Shown here: in pieces, positions 50,890 to 59,533 of the stretch | Layout: each line of letters begins with the position of its first letter | Numbering within the stretch: position 1 is the first letter of the stretch | Assembly (NCBI GenBank): GCA_963840455.1 | Contig: CAWIYV010000007.1 | Location: 384,001 to 448,000, forward strand | Length of the DNA stretch: 64,000 nucleotides | Direction: 5' to 3' | Source of the DNA: Nitrospirota bacterium | Lineage (GTDB): Bacteria > Nitrospirota > UBA9217 | Position numbers and translations under genes: made by a program | The notes under the pieces: model-generated | What the model was told of the DNA's origin: nothing | The model's input: only the letters and a program-made list of their open reading frames with translations | Databases searched by the model: none

Positions 50890-50965
50890 TGGAGGCGGCG
50901 ATCGGATTTGAACCGATGAATGAAGGTTTTGCAGACCTCTGCCTTAGCCACTTGGCTACGCCGCC
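50890..50965 (-). tRNA. tRNA-Cys (GCA)
   Basis: GGCGGCG/CGCCGCC acceptor stem, anticodon loop CTGCAAA, TTCAAAT T-loop, CCA end. Confidence 0.95.
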
Positions 50966-51288
50966 CTGGAAAAGAACGCTGCAAAATCGCGGGGATGCAT
51001 TTCTCCGCGAACGCTGCACAGGCAATAAAATACGAGAAACGGAGGGGTAAGTCAAGCGCAAAAAGGAACGGTATGAACACGGCTGATGTGTTTGTGACAG
51101 CCGACAGGCGGGTCTTGGATGGTGATCTTCTCTGCAGACAACCCATCGCCTACGGTATGGGCGGCTAATCTGCCCATTGCAAGAACTACCTATTCCGGCG
51201 AAGATTGTGATCGTTTGACGCTGGCGCCTTGCACTCGGGCGGAGCTGACTGCGCTAGCCGCGGCGTGCGATGTCCGGAGTTCGGTGTC

Positions 51289-52407
51289 CTATACGTCGCC
51301 GGGCATGGTCAAGGTGCTGTCGTAGCCGGTGATCCGGTTCTTCCCAGTTGCCTTGGACCGGTAGAGAGCAAGGTCCGCTTCGCGGATCAGGTCGGGGATG
51401 GTCTTCGGGGAGCCCTTCAGCATGGTCGAGACACCGATGCTCACGGTGATGACCTCAAAGGGGTGCGCGGTCTTGAGGGTGAAGGGATACGTTTCGATCG
51501 AGCTCCGCACCCGTTCCGCGACCGCCAGTGCTTCGCCCATGCCGGTCTCGGCCAGCAGAAGAGAGAATTCCTCCCCGCCGTAACGGAAGCAGACGTCTGT
51601 GCTTCCGGTCCTGCATGCCTCGCGAAGAAGGGGACCCAGCTGCGCGAGCACCCGGCTGCCTTCCAGGTGGCCGTAGCGGTCATTGACCCGCTTGAAGTTG
51701 TCGATATCCACCATGATGAAGGACAGGTCCCTGCCGGTGCGCACCTGTCTGCCGAATTCCTCTTCAAGCTTCTCCAGCAGCACCCGGTAGTTGAGCAGGC
51801 CGGTGAGCTCGTCGGTCCGAGCGATTTCGAGCGTTTTTTTGAAGAGCTCCGCCTTGTCGATACCGGCGGAGATCGTGTGGGACAGGGTCCGCAGAAGGTC
51901 GAAGTCCTCTACGCGGAACGCGGAGGGCTTGCTGCGGCTGAAGCCCATGACCCCTACGATGCGGTTATCGTTCTTGAGCGGTATGCCGATATAGCTGCCG
52001 TGCTTTTGCGTTTCATCAGGGTGATGCAGAAAGGCCTCATACAGCGCGGCATTGTCCAGAAAGAGCGGCTCGCCGTTGGCCGCGATCGCACCAGGCGCAC
52101 CGTTGTCGAAATAGATGGGTTCGGACATCTTTCCCTGCAGCAGGGGGCTTCGCAAATAGATCGGCATCAGGCCGGTAAGGTCCTTCTTGACGACATAGAC
52201 CGAGGCGTCGTCAAAGCTGACCGCCCTGCTGATGGTGGCTATGATCTTCTGGATGAGTTCCGCAGGTTCCAGTTCCGAAGCGATGATCCTGCCGACCTCG
52301 CTGAAGAGGTGGGTTTCGGTCATCTTGTTGTAGAAAAGAGGCTTGTAATCGCGCACCGGATGGGTCAAAACGCTCTTTTTCCTTTCGCCGGTCTTCAGTT
52401 CCACCAT
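51289..52407 (-). CDS. GAF-sensor diguanylate cyclase (start uncertain)
   Basis: GAF domain; TDELTGLLN, DIDNFK, RYGGEEF. Confidence 0.9.
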   Translation of the reverse strand: MVELKTGERKKSVLTHPVRDYKPLFYNKMTETHLFSEVGRIIASELEPAELIQKIIATISRAVSFDDASVYVVKKDLTGLMPIYLRSPLLQGKMSEPIYFDNGAPGAIAANGEPLFLDNAALYEAFLHHPDETQKHGSYIGIPLKNDNRIVGVMGFSRSKPSAFRVEDFDLLRTLSHTISAGIDKAELFKKTLEIARTDELTGLLNYRVLLEKLEEEFGRQVRTGRDLSFIMVDIDNFKRVNDRYGHLEGSRVLAQLGPLLREACRTGSTDVCFRYGGEEFSLLLAETGMGEALAVAERVRSSIETYPFTLKTAHPFEVITVSIGVSTMLKGSPKTIPDLIREADLALYRSKATGKNRITGYDSTLTMPGDV

Positions 52408-52699
52408 GGTCCTGCTCCTTGAGAAAGCTCTTTCACATAATATACCACTAAATTATAGTAATAACAAGTTAAATTTGTCATTTCTGCCTGTTTACAGATA
52501 GTTGCAATACAGATAAGACAGCAATTGGTTGCAGATTGGATAGGCAGGGTGCAATACGTGACATCATTATTTTATCGCCATGCATCATGATTGCCCTTTA
52601 TATTTCAAACTGTTATAATAAATTAGTGGACAACAAAGACGTCTATGCGGACATTTCATGCACACGGTCATCTAAACCACAGCGCCTTATGATACCCCT

Positions 52700-53728
52700 A
52701 TGATGCAATCTTTCATGCCAATACACTTCCGTGGCCTCCAGATCGATCCTCCGCTCATTCTGGCGCCCATGGCTGGCCTTACGCACACAGCACTCCGTCA
52801 GGTCATCTCCAGTTTCGGAGGGATCGGCCTGTTATCAACGGAAATGCTCTCGGCAAAACGGCTGCCCACGGAAAACCCCGCCATCTCGCCGTACCTGATC
52901 AGGACCGCCTCGGAAAAGCCGCTTTCCTATCAGCTCCTGACCTCCATGGCAGGCGAGATCGCTCGTGCCATCGACGTGCTTCATGCCGTGCATGCGGATG
53001 CTATTGACCTCAATATGGGCTGCCCTGCCCCTGCCGTTGGAAAGTTCGGCGCCGGCTTCAGCCTGATGGAGCAACCGGAGAATGTCCGGCTGATCGTGGC
53101 AGAGGCGCGGAAGCGGACCTCGCTGCCCCTTACCGCGAAGATCCGGCTCGGCACCGAGCTCGACGAGCAGAGATTAAGGTCCTTCTGTACCATGCTCGAA
53201 GGCGAAGGCATTGACATGCTCTCGGTCCATGCCCGACTTAAACATGAGTCCTTTGCCAGAAGGCCGCGATGGGAACATATTGCCGGGATCAAAGAGCGGC
53301 TCAAGATCCCGGTCATTGCCAACGGCGGGATATTCTCAGTCCAGGATGCAAAAGACTGCCTGGCTGTATCGGGCGCAGACGGTCTGATGCTCGGTCGGGG
53401 TGCAGTAATACGTCCCTGGCTCTTTGCCGAGATCGCTCGGGAACTGTACGGCAGCGGCATTGCAGAACCGGCGGTCTCTTTGCCGGCAGTGTTTGGCAGA
53501 TTTCTCGACCTGCTGAACGGACATTTCCGGCCTGAACGCCGGCTCGGCAGGCTGAAGCAGTTCACTACATATTTTGCCCGGAACTATGCATTCGGCCATC
53601 ACCTGGCAACGAAGATCCAGACCAGCAACAGCGTGGAGGAAGCGCGGGAACAGGCCAACCAGTTCTTCACAAAGGCGCACAATATAACCACCGTGGTCAC
53701 AGCGTGTACAGAGAAAAGCTTGCTGTAA
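52700..53728 (+). CDS. tRNA-dihydrouridine synthase family protein
   Basis: LAPMAG, DLNMGCP, KIRLG, VHAR, IANGGI, MLGRG. Confidence 0.92.
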   Translation: MMQSFMPIHFRGLQIDPPLILAPMAGLTHTALRQVISSFGGIGLLSTEMLSAKRLPTENPAISPYLIRTASEKPLSYQLLTSMAGEIARAIDVLHAVHADAIDLNMGCPAPAVGKFGAGFSLMEQPENVRLIVAEARKRTSLPLTAKIRLGTELDEQRLRSFCTMLEGEGIDMLSVHARLKHESFARRPRWEHIAGIKERLKIPVIANGGIFSVQDAKDCLAVSGADGLMLGRGAVIRPWLFAEIARELYGSGIAEPAVSLPAVFGRFLDLLNGHFRPERRLGRLKQFTTYFARNYAFGHHLATKIQTSNSVEEAREQANQFFTKAHNITTVVTACTEKSLL

Positions 53729-53845
53729 TTTCATAACAACAATGTCTTGATCTTTGTTACCTCGGTGATCTCTGTGTCCTCTGCGGCGATAAGGTCATTG
53801 GTGCGAGCGCGTTACCCGCAGCTTGCAGCAGGGAGATCGAATACT

Positions 53846-54874
53846 ATGAAAGCCATGGTGCTCGGGAAGATCACGGACCTCGCGAACAACACATCGCCGC
53901 TTGAACTGGTCGATCTGCCGATCCCGGTCCCCCGGGACAACGAGGTCCTCGTGAAGGTCTCGGCCTGCGGCGTCTGCCACACCGAGCTGGACGAGATCGA
54001 GGGGAGGACGCCGCCTTCGAAGTTCCCAGTCATCCCTGGTCATCAGGTCGTGGGCCGTGTCGTGGGCCGCGGCAGCTCGACGGCAAGGTTCAAGGACGAC
54101 GAGCGGGTAGGGATCGCCTGGATCCATTCCGCCTGCGGGAAATGCGCATTCTGCCTGACCGGGAGGGAGAACCTCTGCAGCGATTTCAGGGCAACGGGAA
54201 GGGATGTGGACGGAGGGTACGCGGAATATACGACGGTCCCGGAAGCGTTTGCTTACCGGATCCCCGGGGTGTTCTCCGACGCGGAAGCAGCGCCGCTCTT
54301 GTGCGCCGGGGCCATCGGCTTTCGCTCGCTGCGTTTGGCAAACCTGAAGGACGGAGAAAACATCGGGTTGACCGGCTTCGGAGCCTCGGCCCATCTCGTG
54401 CTGAAGATGGTGCGGCACCGGTATCCCGGCTCGAACATCTCCGTCTTCTCCCGCACGGCAGGGGAGCGTGCGTTCGCAAAGGAGCTTGGTGCTGTCTGGG
54501 CAGGCGATACCGGGGACGATCCGCCGGAAAAACTGCATGCCATCATCGACACGACCCCTGCATGGAAGCCTGTTGTTGACGCATTGCGAAATCTTGAAAG
54601 GGGCGGGAGGCTGGTCATCAACGCCATTCGCAAGGTGGACACGGACAAAGACGCCCTGCTCGTGCTCCACTATGCCCGCGATCTCTGGATGGAAAAGGAG
54701 ATCAAGAGCGTGGCGAACATCACGCGGAGCGACGTGGAGAGCTTTCTGCAGATGGCGGCGGACATCCCGATCAGGCCCGACGTGCAGGAGTATCCGCTCG
54801 CCGATGCCAACGTTGCACTCCTTGAACTGAAGGAGCGAAAGATCCGCGGCGCGAAGGTGCTTACGATAGGGTGA
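53846..54874 (+). CDS. Zn-dependent alcohol dehydrogenase family protein
   Basis: CGVCHTE, PGHQVVG, CGKCAFC...ENLC, APLLCAG, GFGASA. Confidence 0.92.
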   Translation: MKAMVLGKITDLANNTSPLELVDLPIPVPRDNEVLVKVSACGVCHTELDEIEGRTPPSKFPVIPGHQVVGRVVGRGSSTARFKDDERVGIAWIHSACGKCAFCLTGRENLCSDFRATGRDVDGGYAEYTTVPEAFAYRIPGVFSDAEAAPLLCAGAIGFRSLRLANLKDGENIGLTGFGASAHLVLKMVRHRYPGSNISVFSRTAGERAFAKELGAVWAGDTGDDPPEKLHAIIDTTPAWKPVVDALRNLERGGRLVINAIRKVDTDKDALLVLHYARDLWMEKEIKSVANITRSDVESFLQMAADIPIRPDVQEYPLADANVALLELKERKIRGAKVLTIG

Positions 54875-55077
54875 CGATCGTCGCCCGGGTACACAAGCGG
54901 AAGCGCTCCCGGGATACTGCGGGCAACATCGTCAATCCCGCGGGAATTACCCCTTCCTATTACTCCCTAGAATAACCCGACCCTAATCTACGTATCGTCT
55001 TTCCTCCATGGATCGTCTGTTGATCCTGTCAAAGAGTATTTTGTTCATGCATATCCGGAAGATGATAGTGATGCCTA

Positions 55078-56391
55078 TCACACCTTGATATGCAGCATCG
55101 GCAGTCCCAGCCGCTGCCGCTTGTTCTCCCCCTTGAACAGATCAGCCTTCCGCACCGGCACATCGCCCCGTTCTCCCTCGTGCTGCGCCTGCAGCTTCGT
55201 CGGCAGGCTGGCCCCGTGCTGGACCGCGTGCTTGCCGTACTTCCGGGAGAGCTCGTCGATGCTCTCGTAGATCTTCGCCATCTTCTCGATCTTCGTTGTG
55301 TCCTCGAAGAGCCCGTACTGGACGCCGCTCTCCGCCACCAGGCCGGACAGGACGACGCCGGTCTGGCGGTAGGGGGTATGGGCCAAGTACAGGCCACGGA
55401 ACCCCTCGCGCAGCATTGTGAACAGTTCGGACGGGAATGCCGTGGGGCGGCTCAACTTCAGTTCAACGCCGGTGCTCCGGTAGTCCTGCTGCCGGAGGAA
55501 GATGATCACCCTTTTGGCAACCAGGTGGTAGCGCCGTGCTTTGATGCAGGCGTTCTCCAAGTTCTTGGAGAGCTGTGCAAAGACAAAGGTCTCGTCCGTA
55601 GAGGGAGGGGTGAAGGTCTTTGCCTTGCTGATGGACTGGTAGGCGCTCTTGGTCTCCGTCGTGACCGGGTAGACGCTCCTGCCGTTCAGTTCGTGCCAGA
55701 TCTCCTGGTAGGGTTTGGAAAGGTACCTTGTCACGAACGCCTCGTCCTTCAGTGCGAACTCCAGGGCGGTCCTGATGCCGTGCTTGCCCAGGTAAGCCGC
55801 TGTGTTCGGGCCGATACCCCAGACCTTCTCCACGGGCAGCTTCCCGAGGAAGAGATGGATGTCCCTGCCGGGGATCAGCGTGATGCCGTGGGGCTTCTTG
55901 TGCTTCGATCCGATCTTTGCCAGGACCTTCGAGAGGCTTACCCCGACGGATACTGACAGCCCCAGCTCCTGCTCGATGGCTTCCTGCATCTTCAGTGCAA
56001 TCGTCCCGTAGGGGCCGTGAAATGTCCTCCTGAGGCCGGTCAGGTCCACGAAGGCTTCGTCGATGGAGTATTCCTCAACGTCCGGCGAAAAGCGTCTTAA
56101 TATTTCGAACATGCGCACCGAAAAGAGGCTGTAGGTCTCGTAGTCCGACGGGAGGATGACGGCGTCGGGGCAGAGCTTTTTCACGTCCGAGAGGCGCACT
56201 CCGCGCTGCACGCCGCGCGCCTTGGCCTCGTAGCTCGCCGCGGCCACGATGCCGCGCTCCTTGCCGGTGATGACCGGCCTGCCGCGCAGCTCCGGGTGGA
56301 TGGCCTGCTCGCAGGAGGCGAAGAAGGCGTCGGCGTCCAGGTGGAGGATGGCGCGGGGCCAGGAGGAGATGATGAGGGGTTGGTTGGACAT
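55078..56391 (-). CDS. Y-family DNA polymerase (DinB/UmuC-like)
   Basis: HLDADAFFASCE, ASYEAK, YSIDEAF, KVLAKI...KPHG, VWGIG. Confidence 0.93.
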   Translation of the reverse strand: MSNQPLIISSWPRAILHLDADAFFASCEQAIHPELRGRPVITGKERGIVAAASYEAKARGVQRGVRLSDVKKLCPDAVILPSDYETYSLFSVRMFEILRRFSPDVEEYSIDEAFVDLTGLRRTFHGPYGTIALKMQEAIEQELGLSVSVGVSLSKVLAKIGSKHKKPHGITLIPGRDIHLFLGKLPVEKVWGIGPNTAAYLGKHGIRTALEFALKDEAFVTRYLSKPYQEIWHELNGRSVYPVTTETKSAYQSISKAKTFTPPSTDETFVFAQLSKNLENACIKARRYHLVAKRVIIFLRQQDYRSTGVELKLSRPTAFPSELFTMLREGFRGLYLAHTPYRQTGVVLSGLVAESGVQYGLFEDTTKIEKMAKIYESIDELSRKYGKHAVQHGASLPTKLQAQHEGERGDVPVRKADLFKGENKRQRLGLPMLHIKV

Positions 56392-56450
56392 AAGGTAAAA
56401 CCCGACACGGAGACGGGGGACGCGGATTTACGCGGATCAATACAAGGGAC

Positions 56451-56510
56451 AGGGAACACGCGCCTGACGCGCTGCCTTTGGCGCGTCGCTGTGGACCCGC
56501 CTTGTTAGAA
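56451..56510 (-). repeat. attC-like site 1 (60 bp, degenerate right arm)
   Basis: Minus strand TTCTAAC..GGTCCAC..GCGC...GCGC..GTTCCCT; clear homolog of 57041-57100. Confidence 0.65.
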
Positions 56511-56548
56511 TTCTCATTGGGTTTTATGTAGTCCCAGTGATACAGGAC

Positions 56549-57025
56549 CTACAACGGGACAACGCCGCGTGATGTGATATTGTATTTGTGAATTGATTTT
56601 ATGCTGTGCTTGTTGAGATCGTGATCAACTTGAATTTCTAATGTCGTCCCAGTCCAACGGCACGAGAGGTAGATCTGGCCTTTATAGTTCAATTCGATTG
56701 GAGATAGGAGCTTCTTTTTTGATAGATCAAGGATGTTAACTCTAGATTTGCATCCATCATCTGCGCAATAAGGCAGTGCAATCAGATTATGTTCCAGGTT
56801 TAGAAGGGGCTGACCCGCGGCATCATTCTTACCCAAAGTGATTAATGTGCTTCCAATTTTGATTTGATAGACTGTATCCCGACCTTCATAAACACCCGTC
56901 CAGTACATTACGATCTTGTCTCCGCTCGGAAGTACTTCTTGAGTGGTCCATGTTCGATCAGCGGCATAAGATAATGCCACTACGTTAGCGAATACAAGAA
57001 CCGTCAGAATAGTTTGTTTAATCAT
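56549..57025 (-). CDS. Low-GC cassette gene, secreted hypothetical protein
   Basis: Signal peptide (ends SYA-A); AT-rich; bounded by attC-like sites. Confidence 0.7.
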   Translation of the reverse strand: MIKQTILTVLVFANVVALSYAADRTWTTQEVLPSGDKIVMYWTGVYEGRDTVYQIKIGSTLITLGKNDAAGQPLLNLEHNLIALPYCADDGCKSRVNILDLSKKKLLSPIELNYKGQIYLSCRWTGTTLEIQVDHDLNKHSIKSIHKYNITSRGVVPL

Positions 57026-57040
57026 ATTCATCCACCTTGG

Positions 57041-57100
57041 GACTAACACGCCGGTCACGCGCCGCCCCTTGGCGCGACGCTGTGGACCGGCTTGTTGTCG
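57041..57100 (-). repeat. attC-like site 2 (60 bp, canonical)
   Basis: Minus strand CGACAAC-N5-GGTC(C)AC...GCGCC/GGCGC...GTGACC-N5-GTTAGTC, with an extrahelical base in L''. Confidence 0.82.
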
Positions 57101-57112
57101 TATTTCTTTCGG

Positions 57113-57541
57113 TTATGGCGTGATAGAGTACTTGCCGTTTACATCAGAGGCGATAACACCATCAGGCGAATGAACCCAAAATAGGTTCAGATGTAAATAT
57201 TTATTTTCCGCATCGATCCAAGCATATCCTAAGTCCCAATGATGCATATTGGTCTTTATATCTTCAATCGAATAATAATAGCCTTTTTGATTGCGATAAG
57301 ACCAGTCACGCCCTTTGCCAGATAAGCTGATTTTAAAGTGAAGGGTTTCTTTTGGGAAGGTACCTTCAGGTGTTATCAATTGCCAATGAAGTTTTTGAGT
57401 AGTTACGTTGAGTAGGTATCCGCCATCGGGTTGAGGTGATATGGAATAATCTTTATTAATTGTACTTCCTAAGCCGAACACGGAAAGATACACAACGAAT
57501 AACACGGCAAGGCCAATCAGCAAATGTTTTCGCTTTACCAT
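57113..57541 (-). CDS. Low-GC cassette gene, membrane-anchored hypothetical protein
   Basis: GGAG SD, N-terminal TM, AT-rich, stop 12 nt before attC. Confidence 0.72.
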   Translation of the reverse strand: MVKRKHLLIGLAVLFVVYLSVFGLGSTINKDYSISPQPDGGYLLNVTTQKLHWQLITPEGTFPKETLHFKISLSGKGRDWSYRNQKGYYYSIEDIKTNMHHWDLGYAWIDAENKYLHLNLFWVHSPDGVIASDVNGKYSITP

Positions 57542-57592
57542 AGCTCTCCTGCAAGATTTCGAATGATAAATCCGACGCTAAAGTTTTTTACC

Positions 57593-57611
57593 AGATAACA
57601 AGATGTTATCG
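57593..57611 (-). other. attI-like simple site
   Basis: Minus strand CGATAAC-atctt-GTTATCT (L box, 5-bp spacer, R box) about 50 nt upstream of the first cassette ORF. Confidence 0.6.
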
Positions 57612-57624
57612 GAACGGAAACCGT

Positions 57625-57750
57625 CATCTACATATATATACAACTATCTATCGGTATATGGATCCATCTACCAGTAGATGACGAACTGCCATATACCGGT
57701 AGATGGTTTTTCAGTTGTTAATGTCATTCGGAATCATCTACCTGTATATG
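57625..57750. repeat. Array of five 16-bp palindromes, consensus CATCTAC-N2-GTAGATG
   Basis: Copies start at 57625, 57645, 57665, 57690, 57735. Confidence 0.85.
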
Positions 57751-58074
57751 CTTTTCCAAAGGTGTACCGCCAATCTTTCCGTATTTCACAAACCATAGTT
57801 TCTTCTCCGGGTCCCACCACCCGCCCGCTGCTTTGGCATGCAATCGTGACGGCATGTCGAAAGCGTCGATGTGCAGAGGCACAAGCGTGTCGACCGCAAA
57901 TCGTGGTGGAGGAGGGGTCCAGTCAGTCCTTTCCACGATCAACTCGACAGTCTTCAACCGCTGCCGCGACTCCTTGTCATACTTGAAACGAACGCAGAGC
58001 AGGGCATCGCCGTACTGTTCCACGAGCCTTTTGGTCCCAGGCTGCCCCGGTTTGAGAATCAATCGCGTTTTCAT
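57724..58074 (-). CDS. 116-aa basic hypothetical protein, C-terminus DUF5710-like
   Basis: MKTRLILKPGQPGTKRL...; AKAAGGWWDPEKKLW resembles the DUF5710 pattern. Confidence 0.7.
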   Translation of the reverse strand: MKTRLILKPGQPGTKRLVEQYGDALLCVRFKYDKESRQRLKTVELIVERTDWTPPPPRFAVDTLVPLHIDAFDMPSRLHAKAAGGWWDPEKKLWFVKYGKIGGTPLEKHIQVDDSE

Positions 58075-58096
58075 TGGACGTTTTGAACAATTCCAG

Positions 58097-58336
58097 CTAA
58101 GCGCTCTTTTGATGGTGAGAGGTATACCAGTCGACAAGCTGGCGTATCATTTTTTGATACGAGGTGTGATGTTTCTTGGCCTCTTTCTTAAAGAACTCCA
58201 CACTCGACTTTTTCAGGGCGATAGTCACCTTGATATTGTCTTCTTTAAGAACAAGTTGCTCAGGCGGCGGAAGAAAGTCATCGATCACTTTCAGTTTTCC
58301 AATCGGCTCATCCGAATATTTAATTTTGCTCTTCAT
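58097..58336 (-). CDS. BrnA/CopG-type antitoxin
   Basis: DFLPPPEQL, KVTIAL...VEFFK......SYQKMIR (ribbon-helix-helix); overlaps the toxin gene. Confidence 0.8.
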   Translation of the reverse strand: MKSKIKYSDEPIGKLKVIDDFLPPPEQLVLKEDNIKVTIALKKSSVEFFKKEAKKHHTSYQKMIRQLVDWYTSHHQKSA

Positions 58337-58598
58337 ATATTTTCTTTCCTTTCCTCCAATATCCCGCACCGTAAATGCGGATAGTCTCTCCTCGAAAGGT
58401 GAACCGTACCGTTATGATGCCTTCGCCGACGCGGCCGATACAATAATATCGATCTTCTTCCGTGCTATGCTCGATATCCTCAACGATGATGCGATGAGGA
58501 TCAAGAAAGGCCTGCTGGGCAAGCGAGAGGGGCATCCCATGTTTCTTCTGGTTCTCTTTGTCTTTTTCCGCATCCCACTCAAAACGGATTTTCTTCAC
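58320..58598 (-). CDS. BrnT-family toxin
   Basis: FEWD..K...N..KHG, F.DP, HS..EDRY..IG, R...IRI. Confidence 0.85.
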   Translation of the reverse strand: MKKIRFEWDAEKDKENQKKHGMPLSLAQQAFLDPHRIIVEDIEHSTEEDRYYCIGRVGEGIITVRFTFRGETIRIYGAGYWRKGKKIYEEQN

Positions 58599-58688
58599 TG
58601 GGGCCACCTTACCACAAAGCATTTAATTGGGCAATATAAATATATGGCAAATTATATGGAATTAGGGGCGATACTTTCACATTGACGG

Positions 58689-59282
58689 TCACTTGTATTT
58701 TCTCACCACCGCCGTCACGACGCCGGCTACTTTAAGCTCGTTCTTAGGCTTGATGGGCTGGTACTTGGGATTGGCGGGGACGAGGGTGACGGTGTCGCCG
58801 CGCTTGCGGAGATATTTCATGGTCCACTCTCCGTCCACCTGGGCGATGACGATGTCGCCGCTTTTCGGCGTCTGGCCCTTGTCCACAATGACCATGTCGC
58901 CGGGCAGGATGCCCGCGCCGGACATGGAGTCGCCGGATACTTTTAAGAGAAAGGTGGCCTCGCGGTTCTGGATGAGGAAATCGTCGAGCGAGAGGGTGTC
59001 CACCAGCTCTTCCTCGGCAGGAGAGGGGAATCCGGCCTCGACCGTGCCGAGCACCTTGACGGGCTTTGCGATCGCCAGGGGCAGCAGCCTGCCTTTCTTG
59101 TCCCGTTCTATGACTCTGAGCTTCTCAAGCTTGCCGATGAACTTGAAGACCGCGTTCTTCGACCTGAGGCCGGTCAGATCGCCGATCTCGGAGTAGCTCG
59201 GCATCCTGCCGCTGCTTTTGAAGAACTTCCTGATCTCCTGGATGCGGGACTGGACGGTCGCGTCTTTTAGTGTTCGTGGCAT
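58689..59282 (-). CDS. lexA: LexA-like repressor with UmuD-type S24 peptidase domain
   Basis: wHTH (MPSYSEI...GLRSKNAV); AGFPSPA cleavage site; GDSM Ser and TMK Lys dyad. Confidence 0.85.
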   Translation of the reverse strand: MPRTLKDATVQSRIQEIRKFFKSSGRMPSYSEIGDLTGLRSKNAVFKFIGKLEKLRVIERDKKGRLLPLAIAKPVKVLGTVEAGFPSPAEEELVDTLSLDDFLIQNREATFLLKVSGDSMSGAGILPGDMVIVDKGQTPKSGDIVIAQVDGEWTMKYLRKRGDTVTLVPANPKYQPIKPKNELKVAGVVTAVVRKYK

Positions 59283-59288
59283 GGGAAT

Positions 59289-59318
59289 ATTATAAGTGAA
59301 CGAACGTTCACTTGTCAA
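59289..59318 (-). promoter_or_regulatory. Consensus promoter with palindromic LexA operator in the spacer
   Basis: TTGACA-N18-TATAAT-N6-ATG; spacer region holds AAGTGAACG-N2-CGTTCACTT (59294-59313), containing GAAC-N4-GTTC. Confidence 0.85.
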
Positions 59319-59355
59319 GGAAGGAGTTGCCTGCGGGGACCCAGCGGAAATAACA

Positions 59356-59386
59356 AAAAGGGGCCAGTCTCTTCGAATGGCCCCTT
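59356..59386 (-). terminator. Intrinsic terminator after the displaced tRNA fragment
   Basis: Minus strand AAGGGGCCA-N11-TGGCCCCTT + TTT. Confidence 0.7.
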
Positions 59387-59394
59387 AATTCGTT

Positions 59395-59440
59395 ATGGAG
59401 CGGGTGGCGGGACTCGAATCCGTGACCTCAACCTTGGCAA
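59395..59440 (-). repeat. Duplicated 3' half of tRNA-Gly (att site)
   Basis: 45/46 identical to 60506-60551, ending at the anticodon loop. Confidence 0.92.
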
Positions 59441-59533
59441 ATCAACAATTTGTATATGTGTTCGGAAAAAAGATATGATGTTGCGGCAGCGGCACTTATT
59501 GATAAGCATCCAGAAAAGGCAGAGGTGGTGAAA

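Noticed and set aside
48278-50911. 877-aa plus-strand ORF (likewise 39752-42217 minus, 43822-45621 plus, 51229-52422 plus, 60757-61800 minus)
   Set aside because: Antisense shadows of dnaE, rel, DUF815, DGC and htpX produced by GC-rich codon bias; no recognisable motifs
52420-52437. Rex/CRP-like box TGAGAAA-N4-TTTCACA upstream of the GAF-GGDEF gene
   Set aside because: Spacing does not fit the Rex or CRP consensus; single imperfect instance
57625-57750. Possible CRISPR array
   Set aside because: Repeats are 16 bp, degenerate, with mostly 4-9 bp gaps; no cas genes in the window
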